This document shows, one piece after another, positions 1 to 9,354 of a stretch of DNA of 64,000 nt. The stretch covers positions 62,001-126,000 of the IMG/VR virus record IMGVR_UViG_3300034158_000023, one strand, 5' to 3'. Each line of letters begins with the position of its first letter. Positions within the stretch are counted from its first letter, which is position 1. The notes beneath the pieces are model-generated. The model was given only the letters and a program-made list of their open reading frames with translations. It had not been told where the DNA came from and did no database searches. The position numbers and the translations under genes are program-made.

Positions 1-218
1 GGTTAGCAGGCCTCGAATTTATACCCATCGCGTTTGGTGGTACTAGAGCCGAAGCTTTAACTAAGTTAGAACTTAAATGTGCAAACTTTACCTATGACAC
101 ATATTCACAATTCCATTTCATTTTACAGAATTGGGATGTCTTCACTCGCAAAGTTCTACACAGAACACCTAGTGAAATCAGTGACTACCTAATCCAGTTC
201 CGTCAAGAATTCATGTAA
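1..218 (+). CDS. 3' end of a hypothetical protein (starts before window)
   Basis: Open frame from position 3 (LAGLEFIPIAF...RQEFM) to TAA at 216-218. Confidence 0.65.
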   Translation, partial: LAGLEFIPIAFGGTRAEALTKLELKCANFTYDTYSQFHFILQNWDVFTRKVLHRTPSEISDYLIQFRQEFM

Positions 219-233
219 AAATAAGGAGGACTT

Positions 234-770
234 ATGTCCCAATCGCTACAAGTAAAACTTAATGCTCTTTGTGCAATCCACGTGCACGTACAGCAGTTCC
301 GAACTCAGCGTGGTATTCAACACGCGATGCAAGTGCTAAAGACCATAAGCTCTAGTTCCCCTAACCCAGTGGAAATCCCCCCTACAGGATTAGCACCCAA
401 TGAGTTAGTGCTCTTAGCCTTGGTGGATGGCGGAAGTCTGGCATTTACTGTAGGTGGTATGCAAGCAATTGCTGATCATTGGTTTAACTTCGCGTCGCGT
501 CTGGAATCCCCAGATAACGAATACACCCTACTCTGTGCTACTTTACTGCGTATCTCTGCTGAGTTAGAAGAGCAAGCCCCAGATAAAGATGTGATGCAAG
601 TGTATCAAAAGTTGTCAGGTGATATGTTGCTAAGTGCACTGAACATGAGCGATTTATCTTTAGACTTCATTGATCAGTTATTAAATGCGTATCAACTGAC
701 CTACCCAGATGAAACATATCCTAAAGCTCTAGAGCATCTAGACATTTTAGTAACGGCTTTGCTAAAGTAA
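234..770 (+). CDS. hypothetical protein
   Basis: 178-aa ORF, SD AAGGAGG. Confidence 0.8.
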   Translation: MSQSLQVKLNALCAIHVHVQQFRTQRGIQHAMQVLKTISSSSPNPVEIPPTGLAPNELVLLALVDGGSLAFTVGGMQAIADHWFNFASRLESPDNEYTLLCATLLRISAELEEQAPDKDVMQVYQKLSGDMLLSALNMSDLSLDFIDQLLNAYQLTYPDETYPKALEHLDILVTALLK

Positions 771-842
771 CCGCGCTACAATTATACAACATTGCAAAAG
801 TTTTATTAACTATCCCGCACGTAAAATAAAAGGAAGATTACC

Positions 843-1763
843 ATGATCGACATTATTAAGAACCGTACGTTAGATGCAAACTTTAAGAAACTGAAGTTGA
901 TCACTAACGAAGAGTTAAAAGATTATCGCGTACAACTTAACGGTCCCTCTACATATATTCCGCATGTAGTAAATAAGAACACTGGTGAACCTGTCAGTGA
1001 CACGCATGTGGTTTTGTTAGATACTGTAACTAATGAACTCCGTGTGTTTGAGTGGACATCACCACCACCTGTTAACCCTGGCGTTGCACCAATGTACTAT
1101 GGCGTCGCGCCAATACTAATGGATTATTCTGGGCGTTATGTAGTTCCCCCAGTGGCAATGCATCCATCGTATATGCCTAATGGTCACAACTCGCCGCGCT
1201 ACACGCAAGACGTTATGCCAGATGATACGTATATAACCATGTTTCAACCACATGGTCCAGATACCATCGAACCGATGTTATCCATCGAAGGGCAGGTATT
1301 AAAAGACCAAACCAAGCTGAACACAGTCACGTTCAAACGCGTAACTTTACAAAACCAAATGGATGGCAAAGGGGTAACTTGGCGCTTACTTAACAACTAT
1401 TTATGTATTGTGCAAGAGTCTAGTGTGTGGTATCACTCCAATGCGGGGATGGCTCCATTAACTATTGATCAAGCAATTGAAATCGGTTTAAATCCGATTA
1501 TCGGTTTGTGTGATGCAAATGGGCTGCATGGGTTGGAAAGTAAATGGATAGCTCATGTTCCAACGTATAACCCCCTGATAGCATCGGAGAACGTGGTGAT
1601 TCCCTGTGATGGTAGCGGTGCCAACCAGTATCACTATCCTCAACCAGCACATGCGTTTCAAGAGGTTTTCCCGCAACATTTTCCGCACCCTAATCAAGTA
1701 GTGTTTGGAGAAGGTCAACCAGCAAGACCTATGCCTAAAGGGTACAGACGCGGTAATTACTAA
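843..1763 (+). CDS. hypothetical protein, Pro-rich
   Basis: 306-aa ORF, AAAATAAAAGGAA leader, followed by terminator. Confidence 0.85.
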   Translation: MIDIIKNRTLDANFKKLKLITNEELKDYRVQLNGPSTYIPHVVNKNTGEPVSDTHVVLLDTVTNELRVFEWTSPPPVNPGVAPMYYGVAPILMDYSGRYVVPPVAMHPSYMPNGHNSPRYTQDVMPDDTYITMFQPHGPDTIEPMLSIEGQVLKDQTKLNTVTFKRVTLQNQMDGKGVTWRLLNNYLCIVQESSVWYHSNAGMAPLTIDQAIEIGLNPIIGLCDANGLHGLESKWIAHVPTYNPLIASENVVIPCDGSGANQYHYPQPAHAFQEVFPQHFPHPNQVVFGEGQPARPMPKGYRRGNY

Positions 1764-1769
1764 GATGTT

Positions 1770-1807
1770 AAAATAAGGGGTGGGGAGTTACTCCCCCCTT
1801 ATTTTTT
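1770..1807 (+). terminator. intrinsic terminator
   Basis: AAATAAGGGG-TGGGGAG..CTCCCCCCTTATTTT hairpin plus T tract. Confidence 0.8.
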
Positions 1808-1831
1808 GTATATTCAATTCATATGCAGGTA

Positions 1832-1839
1832 TATATTAC
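1832..1839 (+). promoter_or_regulatory. phiKZ-type early promoter motif TATATTAC
   Basis: Exact TATATTAC after a terminator and before a gene; recurs at 7374 and 23451, with variants at 12981, 18114, 20447, 50648, 56646. Confidence 0.7.
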
Positions 1840-1877
1840 CCTTGTAGTGAAACCTAATAATAAAAGGATTGTAGTAG

Positions 1878-2615
1878 ATGTTAAAGCTAGTTAAATTAAA
1901 TGCTGATTATGGTACAACTTTAAACATGGCTAACAAAGGCGTAAGAAAAGTTGTAAGAATCCCACTGAAGTATTGGGAACTAAGAGCAGCACTATTTCCA
2001 TATTCTTTAGATGGTGAATTTGCAGTAGTTGTAGAATTAGCTAGAGGGGGTAATCGGGATTTCATTAAGTGTAACAAAGAAGGTTTAATAGAACTAGGCC
2101 GTCCTTATGAAAGTCCTACGTTTGTGGTATTGTGGAACTTTAAGTGCGACTTTGATGATAGTCAGGATTTCTCTATGTATCAGTCATCACATAGTACCCT
2201 AGCTTATTTAGTGTTTCCTCATCATTTTAAACTCGATGACAACCCTAACAAACTAGACTTCAAACATGCTTATGGCATCCCTACTTCCGAGTTTGTTAAC
2301 ATGCAGCATATGCGCATAGACACTCTACGTCAAAAACTAGAGCGTTCGGAAACTAGTTGGGCGTATCGTACACAAGAACCCACCTCACCAGAGTGGAGAT
2401 ACTATCCTTTCTTTACTCCTGACGGTATCGTTATGTATAAAGCTATAATCACTCGGGGATTAACTGCTACTGAAGTTAAGAACCATTTACATGGTGGTTA
2501 TCCAGGGATAGTTAAAGTTCCCCTAGTTAAAGACACCATTCCTATGGAAAGCGATTATCTATATTGTTGCGCTACTTTAAACCAGGTTAAGCGCCTGTAT
2601 GCCTCAGCAAATTAA
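1878..2615 (+). CDS. hypothetical protein
   Basis: 245-aa ORF, AATAAAAGGA leader. Confidence 0.85.
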   Translation: MLKLVKLNADYGTTLNMANKGVRKVVRIPLKYWELRAALFPYSLDGEFAVVVELARGGNRDFIKCNKEGLIELGRPYESPTFVVLWNFKCDFDDSQDFSMYQSSHSTLAYLVFPHHFKLDDNPNKLDFKHAYGIPTSEFVNMQHMRIDTLRQKLERSETSWAYRTQEPTSPEWRYYPFFTPDGIVMYKAIITRGLTATEVKNHLHGGYPGIVKVPLVKDTIPMESDYLYCCATLNQVKRLYASAN

Positions 2616-2680
2616 AAAATATCTACACTACTTATGTAATGAGTAGCTGCTTACGATTACAACCACTCAAGTATAACCTC

Positions 2681-2713
2681 AAGCCAGCAGATTGCCCCTG
2701 CTGGCTTTTATGC
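2681..2713 (+). terminator. terminator hairpin followed by TTTTATGCTG
   Basis: AAGCCAGCAG/CTGCTGGCTT stem. Confidence 0.75.
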
Positions 2714-2736
2714 TGGTACAATAAAAGGAAACCGCA

Positions 2737-3501
2737 ATGCAATTACAAAATTTGTTATTTGGCCATTTTGAATACTCGGTATATAACGATCACTTTACCC
2801 CCATTATAGAAGCTAAGCTTAGAAAAATGGAAATGAATGGGTATGTGGTGTTACGTACTACTGTACCTGATTCACATCACGTGATTCGCGTTATGGGTAA
2901 AGAAGGAGTAGACGCAGACTTACTGATCGATTTGTTTTATCCAACCAATATGATACACCACATCCGGTTCGGCGTGTATGTTTTAGGAGGTGCGTTATGT
3001 TGTTGGGGAGGGTATAAACTAATGCAACTTGACAGTTTAGGTAATTGTAGTACTCCTAAGGAATTGAGTGAGTATTTACACAGAACTTTTGATGAGCATA
3101 GCAAATCCGATATAGTGCCACCTCCGTATGTATCGTTGGTCATCAGTGAACTGCGAACTATGACTAATCGTTTCTTGACTACCTTACCTAAAAAGGCAAT
3201 CCCTAGACGTGTCCATTTAGCGGCGTTCTTACGTGAGTTCACCACATGGCACAGATCACTTAATTCAGGATGGGCTTCGCAATACGCTGTTAAGTCAATC
3301 ATAGGCGAAGAACTTAAGCGTGTCTGGTCAAATCCAGCTGTTAAAAGCTTACGCACCGATTTCATTACCGATGTGTACTTCGACAGTAGGATGAATATTG
3401 AATGGCGTTATTTACAAAACTTGCACATTAACTATCTGACTACTCTAGTACGGAGGATAGAAGGTGTGTGGGATCCAGTAGCACAATGTCAGGGGATTTA
3501 G
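2737..3501 (+). CDS. hypothetical protein
   Basis: 254-aa ORF, AATAAAAGGAA leader. Confidence 0.85.
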   Translation: MQLQNLLFGHFEYSVYNDHFTPIIEAKLRKMEMNGYVVLRTTVPDSHHVIRVMGKEGVDADLLIDLFYPTNMIHHIRFGVYVLGGALCCWGGYKLMQLDSLGNCSTPKELSEYLHRTFDEHSKSDIVPPPYVSLVISELRTMTNRFLTTLPKKAIPRRVHLAAFLREFTTWHRSLNSGWASQYAVKSIIGEELKRVWSNPAVKSLRTDFITDVYFDSRMNIEWRYLQNLHINYLTTLVRRIEGVWDPVAQCQGI

Positions 3502-3503
3502 CT

Positions 3504-4142
3504 ATGCGCGAGAATACCATTATTTTCAAAGGTCCAGCGGTACAGCTACTTCCACCCATAACTCGGAAAGTAGTGCCTTTGTATCTAACAGATGTGTTAG
3601 GCGAGCATACTTCAGTGATGTTATCCAAACCAGCAGATGGCACTGTAACTTTTTCTAAGTCTGGTGACACCTTAGAAGGTAAAGTAGAGTTATTCCCTAA
3701 CAACCACATAACTTTACCTGACATGGATGAAGCTGCATTTCATATACGTGGTATCGATGAGACCATTGAGTGTGTGGTGTATCTACCTCATTCAGATATG
3801 GTCACTCTTACTAAGTTAGATGAAACAACCCCTGACCGTGGATGGAGTTCTTATTTTCCATTACTGTTAGCTTTAAAGGTTGCTCAGGCTACGGCTAATA
3901 TACCTATTGTCTTCACGGGTAAACCGTCGTATACAACTGATGGTATTCCTGAAGACGTTATAGTTGGCCGTGCTACTCTGATAGTTGAGGACAAGGCATT
4001 AAAAGCGTTGATCAATTATAAACCAGAACATGCGCACTTAGTAGGGCGTCGGGTTACTATGGGTGGTAGTAGCACCCTAGGTACTATTGACAACAAAAGA
4101 ACATGGGTTTGGGATGACCTGAACTTTTTATCACTAAGTTAA
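3504..4142 (+). CDS. hypothetical protein; C-terminal domain paralogous to the N-terminal extension of the ThyA ORF
   Basis: ORF 3468-4142; ATG 3504 preferred (SD AGGGGA, follows upstream stop). Confidence 0.8.
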   Translation: MRENTIIFKGPAVQLLPPITRKVVPLYLTDVLGEHTSVMLSKPADGTVTFSKSGDTLEGKVELFPNNHITLPDMDEAAFHIRGIDETIECVVYLPHSDMVTLTKLDETTPDRGWSSYFPLLLALKVAQATANIPIVFTGKPSYTTDGIPEDVIVGRATLIVEDKALKALINYKPEHAHLVGRRVTMGGSSTLGTIDNKRTWVWDDLNFLSLS

Positions 4143-4160
4143 TAATAAAAGGAATACGGT

Positions 4161-6080
4161 ATGACTACCACAGTACATAAATATTTATTTGCTCCCATTA
4201 ATGCTGCATACACATACAACGACGGTACGTGGATGTTACCTATGGCACTAGCTGTAAAGCTGGTTGCTGATACAGCCAGCGTGAAAAAACCTATTGCGGT
4301 TAGATGTAAAATGCAATGGGTTCTAGATGGCATTCCAGTTGAAAACATAGTAGGTGAAGTTCAATTCGTTATAGAGGACAACTATCTGTATGGCTTAGTT
4401 ACCTTTATGTCGCACTTTGAACACTCTGCTGAAATGCCCCTCCTGCATATGTGCGGCACAAAGAAAAGCTCTGCATTCTACGGTGAGTTGGGTGGTGCCT
4501 GGGAAGATATTGCATTCCTAGAAGCGTTTGGTGATCAAAAGCACGCTACACCTCGGTTTGAATTAGTTTCTCCAGTTGCTGACGCATCTATCGACCTAAC
4601 TGATAGTGAACGTCGTATTTATTGGAGTGATAAAGTAAGCATATACAACCCCCTACAGGAAAAAGGTACTATGCAACAGTATAAAGATTTAGTAGCTAAC
4701 GTTTACAAAAATGGTCGCGTTAAGAGCGACCGTACTGGGACTGGTACTTTAAGTGTATTCGGTGCACAGATGCGTTTTGATTTAACTAAAGGTTTCCCTT
4801 TAAACACTTTAAAGTCAACTCCTTTATATCTGATTGCCAATGAACTGATTTGGTTTTTAAGCGGTTCTACTGATGATCGTGATCTAGCACGAATGGATCG
4901 CATTCACCGTGAAGCTGTTAAAACTTCTAAGGAGCGTGCTAAAGCTGACGAGGTTGGTCAACTTACATTACTACAATATTTCTTCGGTTGTATGCCGAGA
5001 GATGCCTCCGTTGAAACACAGCAACAAACCCTGGCTTGTTTCTATGTGCTCCATCCTCAGTATAACAAACCCCACGTGGAATTAACTTTACGTGTAATCG
5101 GTGCAGTGATTCGCTACCTAGTTAGTTGTGACCTATACGTTTGGTTGTATGAGTTAGCCGACAAGCCTACGATTTGGGATGAGTGGGCTACTTATAACAC
5201 CAACTACTGTCGTGAGCAATTATGTTGGGTAGTTAACCGCGCCGAAAATGCCCCTGATGTACAAGACGAGGTCGATGCTATATTAACCAAGTTTAAAAAT
5301 TGGGAAGGTACGGTTGCTGATAAAAATAAGTGGTTCTATAATGCTGTAGTCGGCATTTCAGATAAATACGCATTTGATGTAGGGGACCTCGTGCATAGAA
5401 GGTCGATTGGACCTATGTACGGGAAACAATGGCGGTCGTTTAGTGATTATGAAGTAGACCAGATCACTAACGCTATTAAGACTTTACGTAGCAATCCTAC
5501 TAGCCGCCGTATCTGTATTTCTGCTTGGGATCCTACGTTGCTACCTATGGACGGTTTTACCCCACATGAAAACGTGGATCGTGGTGATATGGCATTAGCG
5601 CCGTGCCATGCGTTCTTCCAGTTTAACGCAGAAGAGTTAACACGGGAAGAGTTGATGTCTATGGAAAAGGTGCAGTTAGAAACAGCTTACTGTGCCCCTG
5701 AAGCATTGGGTTCTTTTATTGCGGATAAACAACTGCAAGGTAAAATCCCTAAGTATCGTTTAAGTTGCCAAGTTTATTGTCGTAGTCAAGATTTGTTCTT
5801 GGGTACTCCTTTCAACATCGCTTCTTATGCTTTACTGACTCACATGGTAGCCGCTGAAGTAGGTATGGATGTTGGTGATCTTGTATGGACTGGTGGTGAC
5901 GTACACCTGTACTCTAACCACTTAGAACAAGTGCAAGAAATGTTAAGTCGTGACTGTGTAGCATTACCTACTCTGATTTTACATAAAGGGGATAGCGGGT
6001 ACATGGAACTACAATCGACCGACATGGAGTTGATAGGTTACAATCCACATCCTGCAATCTCTGCACCAGTAGCAATCTAA
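4161..6080 (+). CDS. thyA: thymidylate synthase with N-terminal fused domain and large insertions
   Basis: DRTGTGT, ELIWFLSG, GPMYGKQWR, SRR, MALAPCH (catalytic Cys), RSQDLFLGTPFNIASY, HLYSNH motifs; ThyA domain begins at ATG 4671. Confidence 0.95.
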   Translation: MTTTVHKYLFAPINAAYTYNDGTWMLPMALAVKLVADTASVKKPIAVRCKMQWVLDGIPVENIVGEVQFVIEDNYLYGLVTFMSHFEHSAEMPLLHMCGTKKSSAFYGELGGAWEDIAFLEAFGDQKHATPRFELVSPVADASIDLTDSERRIYWSDKVSIYNPLQEKGTMQQYKDLVANVYKNGRVKSDRTGTGTLSVFGAQMRFDLTKGFPLNTLKSTPLYLIANELIWFLSGSTDDRDLARMDRIHREAVKTSKERAKADEVGQLTLLQYFFGCMPRDASVETQQQTLACFYVLHPQYNKPHVELTLRVIGAVIRYLVSCDLYVWLYELADKPTIWDEWATYNTNYCREQLCWVVNRAENAPDVQDEVDAILTKFKNWEGTVADKNKWFYNAVVGISDKYAFDVGDLVHRRSIGPMYGKQWRSFSDYEVDQITNAIKTLRSNPTSRRICISAWDPTLLPMDGFTPHENVDRGDMALAPCHAFFQFNAEELTREELMSMEKVQLETAYCAPEALGSFIADKQLQGKIPKYRLSCQVYCRSQDLFLGTPFNIASYALLTHMVAAEVGMDVGDLVWTGGDVHLYSNHLEQVQEMLSRDCVALPTLILHKGDSGYMELQSTDMELIGYNPHPAISAPVAI

Positions 6081-6089
6081 ACGGCAAAC

Positions 6090-6118
6090 TAGGTAGAGGC
6101 TTCGGCCTCTACCTATGA
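6090..6118. terminator. terminator hairpin (TTCG loop)
   Basis: TAGGTAGAGGC-TTCG-GCCTCTACCTA then TGACC. Confidence 0.75.
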
Positions 6119-6143
6119 CCACTTAAAATAAAAGGAATAACGA

Positions 6144-7319
6144 ATGACCACGATTTGTTGGGATGGTAAATACTTAGCCTCTGATAGTCACGCTACGTCG
6201 GTAATTACTAATGAAATTAACGAAGCTATCAAAATACATTGCCCTAAGTTTGTTTACATTGGAGAAGATAAAATCTTGGCAGTGGCTTTTGCTGGACGTA
6301 TAGCGGCGATGCGAAAGTTTGCTGAGTTACTTACATCAGCTAATGCCAAAGTACAATTGCAAGATATCATGGACTTATGTGGGGTTATCAGATCAGGGGA
6401 AAAGTTCTCGGCTATTATCTTGACTGAAGGTGATGATTATATCCTAGAATACAGACATCACCGAGTTAAGGGATTCTCCGCAACCTTTAGTAGAATGGTT
6501 GTAACCAAGATCAAAAACAAATTACCTATGGTGATTGGTTCAGGTACTCGCACCCTAGGTAAATATTCTGGCTTGGGATTAACTGCGCCAGCAATGGTTC
6601 TTGTAGCGATTGGACTAGATGGTTTCAGCACAGGAGGAACCGTTAGTTATTTAACTAAAGATGATCTAGATTACAAGAATCGATCACACTTAACCGAAGA
6701 GGAGTACGCAAAAGTTGAGAAACTTTTGCGTACTTTGTTAGTAGGTACTAAACCTCATAAACAGGAACCACGATTAATTATCGAACCTGTGTACGAAGAA
6801 CGTCTAATCGATATAGTGGAAGAGGCTGGGAAGTTTTTTGAGAGAATGCAAGAAGCGACTAAACCAACCGTACTCAAAACGATTATCTCGTGGGGTAATT
6901 TCAACCTTGGGGAGCAGATAGATGGTAACGCAGAACTCGCAAAGTGGCTTAGTGCAAGTCCAGTCTTAGTGAAGCGGATATCTGAAGGACAGCTATATGG
7001 GGAGTGGATTAGTCCAGGTAGTCAGTCGCTCATAGAAATAGAGGAAGGTAAACGTTCCAAATACAACAATGATGAAACAACCGCTGGAATCTACTTCTTA
7101 GACCCTGACAAAATTTGCCTTAGGGTAGTGGAGTTTAGTTGGGTGGTTACCCAACAACCAGATGTGCAAGTTCTGAATATTATTGCTCACCTAACACCGT
7201 ATGGTCCGCATGCTGATAAGTTGACAGAACTAACTGTCGCTAAATGTAGGATGCGAGCATTTCCTAGAGTTGAACGCAACCAGGAACTTACTTACGTTAC
7301 TGTAGATTTAATATGTTAA
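6144..7319 (+). CDS. Ntn-hydrolase (HslV/proteasome-beta-like) domain fused to a degenerate prohead-protease-like domain
   Basis: N-terminal TTICWDGKYLASDS, K, AG, GSG, TGG pattern; C-terminal RISEGQLYGEW..P, LTPYGPHADKL. Confidence 0.65.
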   Translation: MTTICWDGKYLASDSHATSVITNEINEAIKIHCPKFVYIGEDKILAVAFAGRIAAMRKFAELLTSANAKVQLQDIMDLCGVIRSGEKFSAIILTEGDDYILEYRHHRVKGFSATFSRMVVTKIKNKLPMVIGSGTRTLGKYSGLGLTAPAMVLVAIGLDGFSTGGTVSYLTKDDLDYKNRSHLTEEEYAKVEKLLRTLLVGTKPHKQEPRLIIEPVYEERLIDIVEEAGKFFERMQEATKPTVLKTIISWGNFNLGEQIDGNAELAKWLSASPVLVKRISEGQLYGEWISPGSQSLIEIEEGKRSKYNNDETTAGIYFLDPDKICLRVVEFSWVVTQQPDVQVLNIIAHLTPYGPHADKLTELTVAKCRMRAFPRVERNQELTYVTVDLIC

Positions 7320-7323
7320 AACT

Positions 7324-7350
7324 AAGAAGCCTTCGGGCTTCTTTTTTTGT
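7324..7350 (+). terminator. intrinsic terminator
   Basis: AAGAAGCC-TTCG-GGCTTCTT plus T tract. Confidence 0.85.
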
Positions 7351-7373
7351 CCGTTCCCAGCACATTTTAAGTA

Positions 7374-7381
7374 TATATTAC
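7374..7381 (+). promoter_or_regulatory. early promoter motif TATATTAC
   Basis: Exact motif between terminator and gene. Confidence 0.7.
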
Positions 7382-7419
7382 CTTAGTGTTAACCACATTA
7401 ATAATAAAAGGAATACCCA

Positions 7420-7953
7420 ATGTCACCACGTAAATTACAGCATTACCTACCAGGGTTTAAATTAGTTAATTTAATCCAAGGAGTAGCTCCTTACTTTGTA
7501 GTACCTGTAGGAGGCAAGCCTCCAGAAACTATAGAGGAGATGACTAAGTGGCCTATCCACTATCAGTTCACTGTTAAAACCGTATACGCTGCTTACCCAG
7601 AAGTCCCACGTGTTAAAATGGATAAAGCTGTTTATCGAGGGTTGTCCGATTTAGAACTAATTGCTACCTTAAAACAAATGGGCATTCCACTACCTAAGAA
7701 GTTTGCGCAGATATGTGATTGGGATCGTACGTATTTAACTGAACGAGTAAACTACATAGAGTGCGCGTTCACCATTACCCACCGTATGTGTGCAGAGCGC
7801 TTTAGCTTCCAGTTCAGACATACGCTAGCTAGTTACCATAACGCTATGGTAAGTGCATTGAAGGTAAGAACTGTGCTTTCGTATACCTTCCACACTAAAG
7901 GAAAGTTAGACAACTTTGTGTTGGCAGACGATTTGCATACTAAGATCTGGTAA
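7420..7953 (+). CDS. hypothetical protein
   Basis: 177-aa ORF, AATAAAAGGAA leader. Confidence 0.85.
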   Translation: MSPRKLQHYLPGFKLVNLIQGVAPYFVVPVGGKPPETIEEMTKWPIHYQFTVKTVYAAYPEVPRVKMDKAVYRGLSDLELIATLKQMGIPLPKKFAQICDWDRTYLTERVNYIECAFTITHRMCAERFSFQFRHTLASYHNAMVSALKVRTVLSYTFHTKGKLDNFVLADDLHTKIW

Positions 7954-8024
7954 TTTATCTTAAATTATTGTAAGGGTTCATGTATGAACCCAATCTATCG
8001 TCAAACGCCTGTAAGGACTCCTGA

Positions 8025-8228
8025 ATGAAAACCTCTTATACTAAATTAGCCATTTCGTTTTTTCGTAATAACTACCCTAAAACAGAAGATGAATTGTTTT
8101 TTGATTGGACAGCCACTGTAACTCATAACGCCGCTGTTGCTGCTGGCTCTGAGAATATGACTGAAACTGACAAAGCTGAGTACTTAGCAGCACTTGCAGC
8201 ATTTGCCAAGGAGCATCCAAATGCCTGA
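8025..8228 (+). CDS. small hypothetical protein
   Basis: 67-aa ORF, SD AAGGA. Confidence 0.75.
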   Translation: MKTSYTKLAISFFRNNYPKTEDELFFDWTATVTHNAAVAAGSENMTETDKAEYLAALAAFAKEHPNA

Positions 8229-9354
8229 AGATAAAAAAGATGATTTAAACCCTATCCCCAACGAACCACCGTGTTTTAAATATGTGGATCTTGCCAAAAG
8301 AGAACCAGTGGAAGAAATGTTGTCTTTATACGCTGGTAATTGGGTAGACACTCCTAACACTTGGGCAGGTGACATAGATTTACTAAAGACACTAAAATAC
8401 CAGTCGCCCTTCCATAAGAGCGATGTTACTTACAACCCAGCATTTGGTGTAGTGCCAGATATAACCGAGATAGGAAAGCAGGCCCATGCGTCGGTATCTC
8501 AATTACCAGCCACTATACATTTCCCTAAACCTGAATTACGTGACCATATAGTTACTGCGGTAAGAGAAATGGCAGACAGAATGCTTACAGCAAGTAAGTA
8601 TAACCCACAAGACCTTGTGCTAGCTATAGGTCACCAACAACCAGCCATCGGTCAGTACACTCTAAGGATGCCAAAATATAGAGATCCAGTTGGTGTTCCT
8701 ATTTTTAATGTTGAGGAGACTGGAACTATTGCACAGTTTCTCTCTAACTGGATGGCGATGCTTTCTGACTGCGACACAAAGGTAGGAGAGCACATTTTAG
8801 ATGACTTCATTGAGGCACACAGTGAAGTGCTAAAAATAGTTACTACTGCTACGCCATATTTACGTCGGGGCAATTGGTACTTTCGTCAACAGTTTGGTCA
8901 TGGCAGCAGAGTAGAAATACACAATGCCCAATACGCCGGATGTAAGAAAAAGCGACATCATCGAGCTCTAGTCGTACGAGTGGAGTGTCCTAACATTCTG
9001 GAAGTGTGCGGAGATGAATTTGATGCTTGTGAACTTAAACTTGCAAGTCTCTTGAAAGGACTGCCAGCTAAAGTAACAGTATCAGCACACTACGGGGTGC
9101 TTCGTATTAAAATGCGTTGGAACCGCAACGTGCAGAACCTGTTTCTAAAAATGCTCGGTGTTTCGATACTCCCTGAGATCAACGATATGCTGCAAACCGT
9201 ATTACCGCCCCAACAAACCAAAGTCGTAGAGACGCCTAACCCAGAAGCGCTAGTGGGTAGAGGACTATCTGAACACTACATCCACTTAGACCCATGGGAT
9301 GAGATGGACTTTATTCCTAATATCGATAACCAAGAGACTGATGACAATGAATGA
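8221..9354 (+). CDS. hypothetical protein with terminase-like C-terminal peptide
   Basis: ORF 8194-9354; ATG 8221 has SD AAGGAG and overlaps the upstream stop. Confidence 0.8.
   Translation: MPEDKKDDLNPIPNEPPCFKYVDLAKREPVEEMLSLYAGNWVDTPNTWAGDIDLLKTLKYQSPFHKSDVTYNPAFGVVPDITEIGKQAHASVSQLPATIHFPKPELRDHIVTAVREMADRMLTASKYNPQDLVLAIGHQQPAIGQYTLRMPKYRDPVGVPIFNVEETGTIAQFLSNWMAMLSDCDTKVGEHILDDFIEAHSEVLKIVTTATPYLRRGNWYFRQQFGHGSRVEIHNAQYAGCKKKRHHRALVVRVECPNILEVCGDEFDACELKLASLLKGLPAKVTVSAHYGVLRIKMRWNRNVQNLFLKMLGVSILPEINDMLQTVLPPQQTKVVETPNPEALVGRGLSEHYIHLDPWDEMDFIPNIDNQETDDNE

Noticed and set aside
2665-2674. 10-nt complement (CACTCAAGTA) to 24094-24103
   Set aside because: A 10-mer match is plausible by chance in 64 kb of AT-rich sequence, and the target mostly lies upstream of the likely TSS.
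4890-5400. Intein or homing endonuclease in ThyA inserts
   Set aside because: No C/S...HN-C/S/T splice junction pattern or LAGLIDADG/HNH motif recognised.
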